Positions 19,303 to 28,774 of a stretch of 46,501 nucleotides of DNA are shown here, piece after piece (the first letter of the stretch is position 1; each line of letters opens with the position of its first letter). The notes under the pieces are model-generated. The model worked only from the letters and a program-made list of their open reading frames with translations. It did not search any database and had not been told where the DNA came from. The translations under genes and the position numbers were made by a program. The stretch comes from a virus (Duplodnaviria > Caudoviricetes): IMG/VR virus record IMGVR_UViG_3300005512_000063, positions 1-46,501 of that record; one strand, 5' to 3'.

Positions 19303-19671
19303 ATGCCACTAACATCTAAATCAACTAGAGAACTGGAATCTCTGGCCAAAACCTCCCAAGATGAGTTCGACTTCGGAGAGCCGGAAATCATCGCTGTGGA
19401 GATTTATCCCGGCAAATTTCTTTCTCTCAAAGAACCGAATGCCGACGAATTAATCTCTATTGGAGAGATCTCTTCCGACGAATCGATCGATGATATTGAA
19501 GCTACGCTGAAGATTATCTGCATCTTGCATTATCCGGATAGCGGTGGTCGTAAACTTACCCTGAAAGATGCTAAAAGACTAAGGGGTAAGCAGATTGAGA
19601 AGCTAGGGGAAGCCATGGGTCCTCTGCTTAAGGGGGGGGATGGGAACTCTGATATGAAAAGTAACGACTAA
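19303..19671 (+). CDS. Putative tail assembly chaperone
   Basis: 122 aa, acidic. LSLKEPNADELI...LTLKDAKRL pattern resembles myovirus tail chaperones. Confidence 0.5.
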   Translation: MPLTSKSTRELESLAKTSQDEFDFGEPEIIAVEIYPGKFLSLKEPNADELISIGEISSDESIDDIEATLKIICILHYPDSGGRKLTLKDAKRLRGKQIEKLGEAMGPLLKGGDGNSDMKSND

Positions 19672-19735
19672 GCGTAATTCTGACTACACCATATCATGCT
19701 ACGATATCTCCGGTCGTTGCGTATCATTTAGAGAT

Positions 19736-20092
19736 ATGAAGGGCAGCGACCTGGAGTATTTTGACATGATTTTTACAGAAGACGAGGAAGAAGTCATTTC
19801 AGGTCAACAAGTCACCGAGATACTCTCTTATCTCTGTACAAATAAATCTCTCGATTTCTCCCATTTTCTCCCCCGATCTATAAAATGTCTGTATTCAGAA
19901 GTCAGACAACACATACTCTGTAACTATATGTCCAAAGAGACTTGGTTACGTCAGTGTTACTCAGTACAGAACGGGTCTTTTGAGAATTTAATTGCCATGG
20001 AATCGGTACCTATGTCGAAATTTGTCGTTCTGTGCAAAATTCACAAAGATGCAATGGATCAAATAGGGAATATTAACAACAACGATGCCTGA
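19736..20092 (+). CDS. Hypothetical protein, possibly a second tail chaperone or frameshift extension
   Basis: 118 aa. The frame stays open upstream to 19658 without a canonical start. Confidence 0.55.
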   Translation: MKGSDLEYFDMIFTEDEEEVISGQQVTEILSYLCTNKSLDFSHFLPRSIKCLYSEVRQHILCNYMSKETWLRQCYSVQNGSFENLIAMESVPMSKFVVLCKIHKDAMDQIGNINNNDA

Positions 20093-20360
20093 ACCCCACC
20101 TTAAACACTTCAGTAATGAAATAGACGCTGTAGACGTATTAAAGTACATGATGGTCTTGTATGAAATCTCCTTGAACCGAGATCAGGAAGAACTGAAGCG
20201 ATTCGTAAAACTAATCTCCCTTATCATTGATCCGGAGGATTTTAATAAACTTTTGCGTAGAACTATAAGAATGATGGGTAATTCGAAGTGTGGCAAAGAT
20301 CTATGCTCGGATTGGATCATGACTGAACTGTACGATCAGTACACTTCAGTTGGACATTAA
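20085..20360 (+). CDS. Hypothetical protein
   Basis: 91 aa, overlapping the previous stop by 8 nt. Confidence 0.6.
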   Translation: MPEPHLKHFSNEIDAVDVLKYMMVLYEISLNRDQEELKRFVKLISLIIDPEDFNKLLRRTIRMMGNSKCGKDLCSDWIMTELYDQYTSVGH

Positions 20361-20387
20361 CCAGGAGGAACTATTCCCTTAAGTTCA

Positions 20388-20508
20388 GCAGCCAAGAATA
20401 TTCTCACCGCCGGGCTGGCGGGTAGTGCCTGTGGACCTGATGGACATGTTTGAGCTTGAGGAGTTGAAGCAGAAAAGCCCCTGCCGTTTACGGCGGGGAA
20501 AATGTCAA
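20388..20508 (+). mobile_element. IS200/IS605-family (tnpB) right-end remnant
   Basis: 20388-20453 translates to AAKNILTAGLAGSACGPDGHV*, matching the TnpB C-terminal NAAxNIxxxGLAxxACG motif. It is followed by the hairpin CCCTGCCG-TTTA-CGGCGGGG and a terminal TGTCAA. Confidence 0.75.
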
Positions 20509-20560
20509 ATCTTTTAGTTGAAAGCTTATTGAAAGGACTATCGCATATGGAGAGTTTTCC

Positions 20561-23371
20561 TTGGCTACTTCCATCACAACTAATGTGAGTTCACTGAATC
20601 GTCCCGGGGTTTTTATTTCCCAAGCCGCGACGGGTGGACTTCCACAGCCTCTTGCTAGTCACGCTGTAGGATATCTGTTTGGTACTACACCAGCAGATGA
20701 GTACTATGGCGATGGCAGTGAGGGGATCTATTCAGAATTTTTACCATACACACCGACTCAGATCGCATCGGCTGATGATTTTCTTCGTAAAATTGGTGGA
20801 TCGGCCCCTAGCACCAGTGTCGGAGCGCTAACAACTTACGATTCGGTAAAGGGGTTTTTCGATAACGTAGGTGTAAATGGCATCCTATACTTCACTCGTG
20901 TAACTCCGACCCCAGAGACCGTCATCGATATCAGCGCTAGTAACGCCGGAGCGGGATATAACGCTTTTGCTATCAAGGTTAACGGTCGCTACTTCGGAAC
21001 TCCTATCAACGTCTCTGACGCAGACGGAGATGAGATTAGAGTTATTACCACGACCGGGATCGATCAGCTCGATAACGCCCGTGACCTTTTTAACTACCTC
21101 TCTTCAGCCGACTCTGATGGCTTCTCTGACTTCTACGCTGTAGAACAAACCGCGACCGAGGCGACTCAGGGTAAATTCCGCATCTTTTCTCGTGACAATA
21201 GCTACCTCCCTCAGGTCGACCGCTTTGTCGCGTATAACTTCAGCGATACCGGCTATGCATCTCCTCTAGATATCAATACTACCGGTGTAGTAAGACTCTA
21301 CACCTCAGTTAAGGACATTAGCTTTCGTTGTAATAGCCGAGAGGTCGAAACCGGAGAACCTATCCTCTACGTTGATGGTTCGGCTGTAAGCCTGTTCATC
21401 GCCGCTGCCAATGCGGAGACTCCCGGCACTTATGACCCGGCCACTGATCAATCAGATATCCTGAAAGCCTATCTCGACTCTAAATCTATTACCTATGTAA
21501 ATGATAAGCTCGTAGCTGTGTCTAAGGACTTTAGCTCAGGTGTCGGAGCAGGTGACAAGTGGGCGGATGCCGACGCAGCGTATTGGCGTTATGACTTAGA
21601 AACGACTTCTTTTGTCAAAGAGTCCAACGTGCCTACGGGCACCATTAGCGCGGATGGTCTTACCAGAACCAAATATGTTCCCGACTCCGTTCAAGTGTTC
21701 TATGTCAATGTTGCCGGAGAAAACCGGGCCATCATTGTTAACGGAGCAACCCCTGACGAATTAACAAATAGCCTCAGGGACGAACTGATCTCCATTCTCG
21801 CTGAAAAAGAACTTGATAAATATTACACCGTAGAGTCGGCTACCATCGACGCTAATTACAGCGGGACTAACTACGTCCCCAATAATGGCTACGAGGTAAG
21901 CAATGTCCTAAGCGAAGCAGGAACGCCGTTTATCCGCCCTGACCTTGAAGACATAGACCTCAGCGGAACGTTGGCAATCAGCTCGGGTAGTGTGACCGGT
22001 ACTAACACCTTGTTTACGCAAGAACTTGGCGTAGGGTTTACATTCGTAGCTAATGGCACCCGGTTCACTGTCTCAGCGATCTCCGATGATACCAGTGCTA
22101 CGGTAACTCCGGCCACTGTAACTGTCTCTGCAGGGACTTCGGCTAAGCTAGAGAAATCTCTGGCCAATGGCTTCTCGTCTTTTGATTACGTTCTCAGAAT
22201 TCGGATCACCGCGAAGAACGGTCTAGTGAGCTCCGTGCTCCCTGGTACTAATCGCCAAGGACTTATTGACAGCAATGTTGTCAAGCTGACTTCGGAATCT
22301 GAAGATATCGCGTATGAATCCTATAAGCTTACCTCAGCAGCTCGGGCCCAAGACTTTGTCTATGCCATTAAGAAAGGTATGGGAGACGAATACTATGCTC
22401 CCGGGTTCCTAATGGCGCCGGAGGCCTATGCGACCTTAGCCTACTCTGCAGGTTCTGATCTCTCCTCACGTAGCGAAGCGATTACCGAGCGGCTTAAAGT
22501 GACCCAGACCCTAATCGCTGCTGCTGAAGGTAAGTTCGGTACGACTGAAGGGATTACCAATACTCAGCATGTCGCCCTAATCGACTGCGGAGGCGATGTA
22601 GAAAACCTCTCACAAGCCCAAGATGAACTGAACACTATCAAGAGGACTGTAGGCTCGTTCTATGGCCACGCTTCCTTCTACGCACCGTATGTGAAGAACC
22701 TAGACGACCGCTTCATCCCCCCTAGCTCATTCGTCGCCGGTACCGCCTGCGGGCGATACATCAACGAGGGATTCCAGCAACCGCCTGCCGGTTCGAGATA
22801 TCCGCTACGGGGTGTGGTGGGACTTAAGTTCTCTATCAGTGCTCAGCAGCAAGAGGTTACCTACGCTCTCGGCCTAAACCCGATTAGGTCGCTACCTAAT
22901 CGTGGCATTGTGGTCTGGGGTGCACGGACCTTGTCCAGCAGCCCGCTATTCCGATTCACCAACACTCGGGTCATTCTAAATGTCTTAATTGACATCATGA
23001 ACCGCAGCTTTGATGACGTCCTATTCGAGTCGATTGACAGCAGTAATACTGTTTTCTCTAGAGTTAAGTCCATTGCTACTCAGGTTCTTAATCAGTTCTA
23101 TCGTCAAGGCGCTTTGTTCGGTAATCGTCCGGAGCAGGCCTACCTCGTTGTATGCGATACGTCCAACAATGACTCCACCCTACTCGAGCAGGGTACGGTG
23201 AGAATGGATGCCTACGTGGCTACTTCTCCGACTCTGGAACGCCTAGCCGTTACCATTGTCCGCACTCCGGTGGGACAAATATCCCTGCTAAGTGATAGCT
23301 TTAGTAGAAATGAGGAAAGATTTACTTCATTCCTCAACGCTACTAACCTAAACGTTAGGGAAACCTTTTAA
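20561..23371 (+). CDS. Contractile tail sheath protein (large, with insertions)
   Basis: 936 aa. N-terminal RPGVFI. C-terminal FYAPYV...IPPSSFVAG...GFQQPPAG...GLNPIR...VWGARTL...RFTNTR...FESID motifs. Confidence 0.92.
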   Translation: MATSITTNVSSLNRPGVFISQAATGGLPQPLASHAVGYLFGTTPADEYYGDGSEGIYSEFLPYTPTQIASADDFLRKIGGSAPSTSVGALTTYDSVKGFFDNVGVNGILYFTRVTPTPETVIDISASNAGAGYNAFAIKVNGRYFGTPINVSDADGDEIRVITTTGIDQLDNARDLFNYLSSADSDGFSDFYAVEQTATEATQGKFRIFSRDNSYLPQVDRFVAYNFSDTGYASPLDINTTGVVRLYTSVKDISFRCNSREVETGEPILYVDGSAVSLFIAAANAETPGTYDPATDQSDILKAYLDSKSITYVNDKLVAVSKDFSSGVGAGDKWADADAAYWRYDLETTSFVKESNVPTGTISADGLTRTKYVPDSVQVFYVNVAGENRAIIVNGATPDELTNSLRDELISILAEKELDKYYTVESATIDANYSGTNYVPNNGYEVSNVLSEAGTPFIRPDLEDIDLSGTLAISSGSVTGTNTLFTQELGVGFTFVANGTRFTVSAISDDTSATVTPATVTVSAGTSAKLEKSLANGFSSFDYVLRIRITAKNGLVSSVLPGTNRQGLIDSNVVKLTSESEDIAYESYKLTSAARAQDFVYAIKKGMGDEYYAPGFLMAPEAYATLAYSAGSDLSSRSEAITERLKVTQTLIAAAEGKFGTTEGITNTQHVALIDCGGDVENLSQAQDELNTIKRTVGSFYGHASFYAPYVKNLDDRFIPPSSFVAGTACGRYINEGFQQPPAGSRYPLRGVVGLKFSISAQQQEVTYALGLNPIRSLPNRGIVVWGARTLSSSPLFRFTNTRVILNVLIDIMNRSFDDVLFESIDSSNTVFSRVKSIATQVLNQFYRQGALFGNRPEQAYLVVCDTSNNDSTLLEQGTVRMDAYVATSPTLERLAVTIVRTPVGQISLLSDSFSRNEERFTSFLNATNLNVRETF

Positions 23372-23375
23372 TTAA

Positions 23376-24980
23376 ATGGCCAGAAGACAGCGGTACAGCG
23401 AAGAAGTGGTCATGAACGGGGATAAGCCGATCACTGAACAGCAGCCTAAACGGACTGTTTACATCGAGCTATTCCGTTCAGGACCCCAGATCAGCTCTAG
23501 CGGACAAAAAATGGTGTTCGAAGAGGGCGATCTGGACCAGGTTGTATCTAGCTACAACCCGGATAGTCACGAAGCACCGTTGATCATTGGCCATGACCAA
23601 GACGATGGTACCCCGGCTCTTGGCTGGGTACGAGAGGTGTGGCGGAAAGGTAAATCCCTTTGGGGTAAGGTAGAACTTACCCCCAAGGCAGAAAGACTGA
23701 TCCGTGACGGTGTCTTTAAGAAAGTAAGTAGCTCTTTCTATCTCCCTGACGCGGATACCAATCCGTCTCCGGGACAATTAGCACTTCGCCATCTCGGCCT
23801 TGTGTCAATCCCTGCGGTAAAAGGTCTCACGGCCTTTGCCGAAAACCCAACCGAAGGCTCGATTACAATAACTCCAACGGAGTCTTCTATTTCATTTCAA
23901 GAAACTTTACCTACTATGGCTAAAAGAAAAACCGAAGCCCCCGCTGAAGAAACCCAACAACAGGTTGTCGATCATGCCGACGGTCGGGGTATGACTATCA
24001 ATGTCAACATTAATGGCATGAAGGCTACAGACGAAGAGGGAGAGCCGGTACAGGAAACCGGTTCACCTGCTCCGTATGATATGGAGTACGCGGACCAGAT
24101 GGCTCCTGAAGCTCCGACGCCAGGTGTGGCTGACCCTAGCCTCATGCGCAATGAGCAGGAGGGGATGGCTTCACTGTCCATGGTCGAAGGCCCCGATGGT
24201 GAGGAGATGGGCGACGAAGATGCCGGCACTGCTCCTCCGGTCGACGAAGAGGGCGCTGGTCCTGACGGCATGGAGGGCGAAGAAGGAGAAGAGATGGCCC
24301 CTGAAGCCGAAGCCGATGCCGATGTCGAGGATATGTCGGGCGACGACGATGAGCAGGTAGCTTCCGATCTCGCATCTCAGTATACCGAAGAGCAGCTCAT
24401 CATGGCTCTTTATCAACTCGCACAAGGTTCACAAGAGATGGGTGAGGGCATGATGCCCGGCTATGCCGAGCCCGAATCAGAAGAAGTTGTAACTGAAACC
24501 ACTGATTTCGCTGAAGAGTCAGACCCGGACCCCCTCTCCATCAAAGTAGCCGAACTTGAAGAAGAATTGGCCGCACAGCGTAGACTTATGAGGCAGAAAG
24601 AGATTACCGATTTCTGTGAAGGTCTATACAGTGAGGGTAAGCTAACCGAACAGGTCGTCCCCATCTCCGATCTTTCTCGGTTTATGGAGACCCTGAACCC
24701 CAAGAATAATGTAAACTTCAGCGAAGCCGGTAAGGCAACTCAGTTCGAGTTTATGAAGTCTATGCTGCAGAGCCTACCTGCCATGGTCAACTTCAGCGAA
24801 GTAGCTACTCCCGCTTCTGCACCTAAGAAGGCTAAGGCTCCTCGCCCCAGCGCTGATGGTTATGTCTACGATCAACGTAATGCAGACATCCATGTTAAAG
24901 CTGTGGAATACTCTGAATCGGGTAAGGCTCCTGACTACATGTCCGCAGTTAAACTCGTTCTAGAAGAGCTTAGCGAGTAA
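23376..24980 (+). CDS. Prohead protease / scaffold (Mu gpI-like)
   Basis: IELFRSG, HEAPLIIGH, PALGWV, FKKVSSSFY and LRHLGLVSIPAVKGL motifs, followed by a long acidic scaffold-like region. Confidence 0.85.
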   Translation: MARRQRYSEEVVMNGDKPITEQQPKRTVYIELFRSGPQISSSGQKMVFEEGDLDQVVSSYNPDSHEAPLIIGHDQDDGTPALGWVREVWRKGKSLWGKVELTPKAERLIRDGVFKKVSSSFYLPDADTNPSPGQLALRHLGLVSIPAVKGLTAFAENPTEGSITITPTESSISFQETLPTMAKRKTEAPAEETQQQVVDHADGRGMTINVNINGMKATDEEGEPVQETGSPAPYDMEYADQMAPEAPTPGVADPSLMRNEQEGMASLSMVEGPDGEEMGDEDAGTAPPVDEEGAGPDGMEGEEGEEMAPEAEADADVEDMSGDDDEQVASDLASQYTEEQLIMALYQLAQGSQEMGEGMMPGYAEPESEEVVTETTDFAEESDPDPLSIKVAELEEELAAQRRLMRQKEITDFCEGLYSEGKLTEQVVPISDLSRFMETLNPKNNVNFSEAGKATQFEFMKSMLQSLPAMVNFSEVATPASAPKKAKAPRPSADGYVYDQRNADIHVKAVEYSESGKAPDYMSAVKLVLEELSE

Positions 24981-24986
24981 AATAAG

Positions 24987-25058
24987 TCCTTGTAACAACG
25001 GGGCGGCACTCCGCCCCGGCAGAAAGCTAAGCTTTCTGTTCTGGTTACATTTAAAGGA
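24987..25058 (+). ncRNA. Putative structured intergenic RNA element (three-way junction)
   Basis: TGTAAC/GTTACA closing stem encloses the hairpins CGGGGCGG/CCGCCCCG and CAGAAAGC/GCTTTCTG. Confidence 0.45.
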
Positions 25059-25105
25059 AACGCTTCAACGGATCATTAACAACAACCAATAATATAGGAG
25101 GCAAA

Positions 25106-25819
25106 ATGGCGACTGATCCTCGTTATATGTCGTTCGACCATAAGTATGTAGAAACGGTAACCGTCACCGACGCTACCGCTCTCTCTAATGGAATCGAACG
25201 CTGCCGCTTCGTCAAGAGAAGTGGCGCTTATCCTGGTGCTGGCGAATATGCCGCCGGGATTAATGTTTATAAGCTGTACGGTCAGGGCGAACTGACCGAT
25301 AAGGGTTATCAGGTAGAAGACGCGTCTATGACCGCGCTTACCGGTACTCTGTCCATCAACACCAGTGGCGTTGTGACAGGCTCCAATACCAACTTCGACC
25401 CTGAACTCAACGTCGGCGACACCATCAAGATTGGTGCTCAGCTATTTCGAGTTATGACTCGGACTAGCGATACCGCTGCGACTGTCCTGCCTGCGCCCGC
25501 TACCGCTATCAGCGGTGGTACTGCGTATATCTGGCCTGGAACTTATGAAGGTGAAAGCAATCCTTCTACCACCCCCCGTAAACCCGGCGTATTCCCGTAT
25601 CAATCGCTCATGAGCGTAGTCACTACGGGCATTGCTATTGCCGAAGTTGACTCCGGTTCTACCTTCGCAGTAGACGACGCTGTGTATTCCGATGCGACTG
25701 GTAAGGCTAGCAGCACTGCTGGTTCAGGCCTGATTCTTGGTCGCTCTCTGGACGTCATCGGTACTGCCGGTGCTGGACAATATATCCGGGTAAAACTGGG
25801 TAACGAAGCTGGTTCTTAA
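25106..25819 (+). CDS. Capsid decoration/cement protein (DUF2190-like) with an inserted beta domain
   Basis: Located between protease and capsid. C-terminal VVTTGIA...AVDDAVYSDATGKA...GRSLD...AGQYIRVKL. GGAGG RBS. Confidence 0.7.
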   Translation: MATDPRYMSFDHKYVETVTVTDATALSNGIERCRFVKRSGAYPGAGEYAAGINVYKLYGQGELTDKGYQVEDASMTALTGTLSINTSGVVTGSNTNFDPELNVGDTIKIGAQLFRVMTRTSDTAATVLPAPATAISGGTAYIWPGTYEGESNPSTTPRKPGVFPYQSLMSVVTTGIAIAEVDSGSTFAVDDAVYSDATGKASSTAGSGLILGRSLDVIGTAGAGQYIRVKLGNEAGS

Positions 25820-25838
25820 GAATAGGAGGTAAACTATC

Positions 25839-26828
25839 ATGATGAATCTAGATCAGGTTAGAATCATAGATCCTATTCTAACCCAAATTGCCCAAGGGTA
25901 TAAAAATGCGGAAGGTGTTGCTACTTTCTTTGGCCCAGTTGTGTCAATGAATGTACGTGCTGGTAGAACTTTGGTGTTTGGAAAGGAAGCGTTTGCCGCT
26001 CAAACTTTCCTCCGTGCACCTGGTACCAATATCCAGAAAATTTCTCAGGAGTTCGGAACTCGTAGCTTTGCGCTTCGCCAAGAAGCTATTAGTTGGGAAA
26101 TTGCTGAAGAGGTTGCCGCTGAGGCAAAGAACGGCGCAGCCGCCATCGATCTTCGTGCTTTTGCTGCTAAAGACGCTGCTAATCGCCTAATGCAGTCGTT
26201 TGAGGTTGAAGTAGCAACTAAGATTCAAGACGTAACTCAATATGAGTCTGGTAACGTTCTTGATCTCGCCACTTACAACAGCGGTGCAGATCAGTTCAAT
26301 AGCCCGACTTCTGATGTTGAGGTGCTAATTGATGACATGAAAGAACAAGTGAGGGGCCAGGTCGGAATTTATCCGAATAAAATGGTTATCTCTCCTGACG
26401 CTTTTAATGCGCTAAAACGCAATAAAAGAATTCGTGATTTCATGCAGCGTGGTGTACTAGTAAACGAGAAAACTCTCGCCGAGATCTTCGGTCTCGACGA
26501 AATTCGCGTTGCTCGTCGCCTAAAGCTGAATCAGGAGACTGATAAGCTTGAGAATATCTACAACAACGTGGCTATTCTCTTCTATCATCCCAGTGGTGCA
26601 ACTGATGGTTTCCAACCTGCATTAGATGCTAATTATGGAACTCCGGCGTTTGCATATACCTATCAACTTTCAGGTTACCCCATTGCAGTTCCTGAGCGCT
26701 TCAATCTTGACCGCCGTACATTTACCGGCGATATTCTTGTAGAACGCAACTTCGAAATTGTTGGTATGGGAGAGACTGGCAGAGTCGGCGCTGGCGCCGT
26801 ATTCCTCAATCCTGTAGGCGCAAGCTGA
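25839..26828 (+). CDS. Major capsid protein
   Basis: 329 aa. IDPILTQIAQGYKN start, FLRAPGT and PAFAYTY motifs. Strong GGAGG RBS and a terminator immediately after. Confidence 0.9.
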   Translation: MMNLDQVRIIDPILTQIAQGYKNAEGVATFFGPVVSMNVRAGRTLVFGKEAFAAQTFLRAPGTNIQKISQEFGTRSFALRQEAISWEIAEEVAAEAKNGAAAIDLRAFAAKDAANRLMQSFEVEVATKIQDVTQYESGNVLDLATYNSGADQFNSPTSDVEVLIDDMKEQVRGQVGIYPNKMVISPDAFNALKRNKRIRDFMQRGVLVNEKTLAEIFGLDEIRVARRLKLNQETDKLENIYNNVAILFYHPSGATDGFQPALDANYGTPAFAYTYQLSGYPIAVPERFNLDRRTFTGDILVERNFEIVGMGETGRVGAGAVFLNPVGAS

Positions 26829-26852
26829 ACGATTTAGAGAATAAATAGTAAT

Positions 26853-26880
26853 GCCCACCGTAACGGTGGGCTTTTTTTTT
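26853..26880 (+). terminator. Rho-independent terminator
   Basis: GCCCACCG-TAA-CGGTGGGC followed by T9. Confidence 0.9.
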
Positions 26881-27898
26881 ATGGATTATATATTTTCCAC
26901 CCCTTGTGGCTATCTGATTTCCCCGTGGAAACGTATGATAATCTACCTCTTTGTAATCCTAGCTCAGGGAACTTTTTAATAAGTTCAGAACAGCTAAGGT
27001 TTAAGTGAACCCCGTGCTTATTATGTATCCAGTTAAATCCGTTTATTTCTGGCTTAGATTCGGGGTCTGCTTTAAAAATTTTACCTTGATTTTTGTATAA
27101 AATCCATCCTTTGTGGCTTTTAGCTTTTCCAATTGATACTTTGCTTAAACCCGATAAGGTTAAAGCCTGATCTTGAAATTTTAAAACCATTTCTGCACAT
27201 GAAAGGTTGCTTATTTTTCCGTAATTTAGATGATACCAGTCGAATGACTTTCCTCTTTTAGACTTTATTTTCTCTAATTCTAAGTCTATGTTTTTATTTT
27301 CAAGTAAAACCCACCGTTTGTGATGATTTTCTTTACCTAGGGCAACTTTTACTAAGGCAGATCTGTCTAACTCTTGGTCTAAAAACATTCTAGCTAGTTC
27401 ACTAGTTGATACTCCTAACTGCTCCCCGTGGTCCGGGTGATACCAGTCATAGAACTTAGAAAGAGTGTTAATTGTTTCTTGTGTATGGGTAATCCCAAAC
27501 CGATTATGCAATGGACCCTTTAGACCGTACCTTGGGTTATTCTGCCCCGACATTCTTTTAGAGATAATATTTCTTACTCTTTGGGTGGGGTTGGAACATC
27601 CTTCTCCTCCATTGGTCAAATTACGCAAAATTCCCCATTCTGGGAAAGCATCTGCGCGTCCGTACAACTGAATAAATTTTTTCTCGTATTCAAAGGCTGT
27701 GTCCTCGTCAAGGTCTTTATGAAGAATCTCTATAAAACTGATATCTTTAGGTCTTTTAATAACCCTGCCTGATTTTTGATACGGCCTATTAGGTTTACCT
27801 TTACCAATATAATATACGGTCCTGTACCGTCCAAACCGGTCGTCGCGGTCCCGATAAAAAGCGTACACGACAAAGTTGTTTACAGGTTTGCGGGGCAT
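26879..27898 (-). CDS. Free-standing GIY-YIG homing endonuclease with NUMOD-like DNA-binding repeats
   Basis: VVYAF...YYIGKG...R, AFEYE, LRNLTNGGEG, MSGQNNPRYG...HTQET, and three W.H...G...L....L....L..V..GK...HK.W repeats. AT-rich and antisense to its neighbours. Confidence 0.85.
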   Translation of the reverse strand: MPRKPVNNFVVYAFYRDRDDRFGRYRTVYYIGKGKPNRPYQKSGRVIKRPKDISFIEILHKDLDEDTAFEYEKKFIQLYGRADAFPEWGILRNLTNGGEGCSNPTQRVRNIISKRMSGQNNPRYGLKGPLHNRFGITHTQETINTLSKFYDWYHPDHGEQLGVSTSELARMFLDQELDRSALVKVALGKENHHKRWVLLENKNIDLELEKIKSKRGKSFDWYHLNYGKISNLSCAEMVLKFQDQALTLSGLSKVSIGKAKSHKGWILYKNQGKIFKADPESKPEINGFNWIHNKHGVHLNLSCSELIKKFPELGLQRGRLSYVSTGKSDSHKGWKIYNP

Positions 27899-27967
27899 GA
27901 CAAGTCGGTTGCTAGTGCACCAATCCTACCATACTTTCACCGTTGAAAGCTATATAGAAGTAAGATT

Positions 27968-28753
27968 ATGTCACCATACACCCCGCCCCCTGACGCATAT
28001 GGTGTCGCTAACAACTGCGACCCCGCTACAGTCGACTACTTCATCGAAGTGTTTGGCTTCAACGAAGCCCTAGAGCTATCTCGCATCGAAGATCCCACCG
28101 CGAATACAGTAAATTACCAGCGCATTCAAGTAGCCCTTAACGACGCCGCTCAACTTATAAATAATTTTATCGAGACTGCACCGCCACAGGGTAAGCTGTT
28201 GATCGCGGGCTCGTACCGCCGAACTCAGGCTACTCTGGCCAGGTGGTATCTCGACACTCTAAGGCCTCGACAGCAGGTCGTGGACGCCGCAGAGGCCGCC
28301 CTGAAGCAGCTAGACCTATGGGCAGCTAAAGACTCCCCCTCCAGCGGGTTAAAGTGGCAAGAAGCGTATCGGTACTGGTCAGGTGCATGTGCAATGACAA
28401 TGTCGAATACGCAGAGAGATAGAGCGTTTACACCGGCATCACTATCTCGTTGGGAACAGAGGTGGGGGACGAATAATCGCTGGAGCCCGTATGTCCGCAA
28501 GGGTGCACTGGTGGCGGATAATGTGACCCCCAGACAGCCCAGTGGTTCTCTGGATAGGCAGAATCCCACCGTCATCGGTGACAGCACTTTAGCCGTCAAT
28601 AAACTCTTCGACGAGCTTGAAACCACCCGGGACGTCGCATCGTTCACTGATACCCAGAACGCGGCTACGCCGGAAGAAGGGGATGTTCTGGTCGTAGAGA
28701 ATACGGACGGCGATATTACTACTGGCGGCTTAGAAGAAGCCGACAGCTTCTGA
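27968..28753 (+). CDS. Head-tail adaptor, Mu gp36-like (DUF1320), with a C-terminal extension
   Basis: IQVALNDAAQLINNFI...LARWYL...AALKQL pattern. Late motif at 27942-27951. Confidence 0.7.
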   Translation: MSPYTPPPDAYGVANNCDPATVDYFIEVFGFNEALELSRIEDPTANTVNYQRIQVALNDAAQLINNFIETAPPQGKLLIAGSYRRTQATLARWYLDTLRPRQQVVDAAEAALKQLDLWAAKDSPSSGLKWQEAYRYWSGACAMTMSNTQRDRAFTPASLSRWEQRWGTNNRWSPYVRKGALVADNVTPRQPSGSLDRQNPTVIGDSTLAVNKLFDELETTRDVASFTDTQNAATPEEGDVLVVENTDGDITTGGLEEADSF

Positions 28754-28774
28754 CACAACGAAGAGGACTAAACA

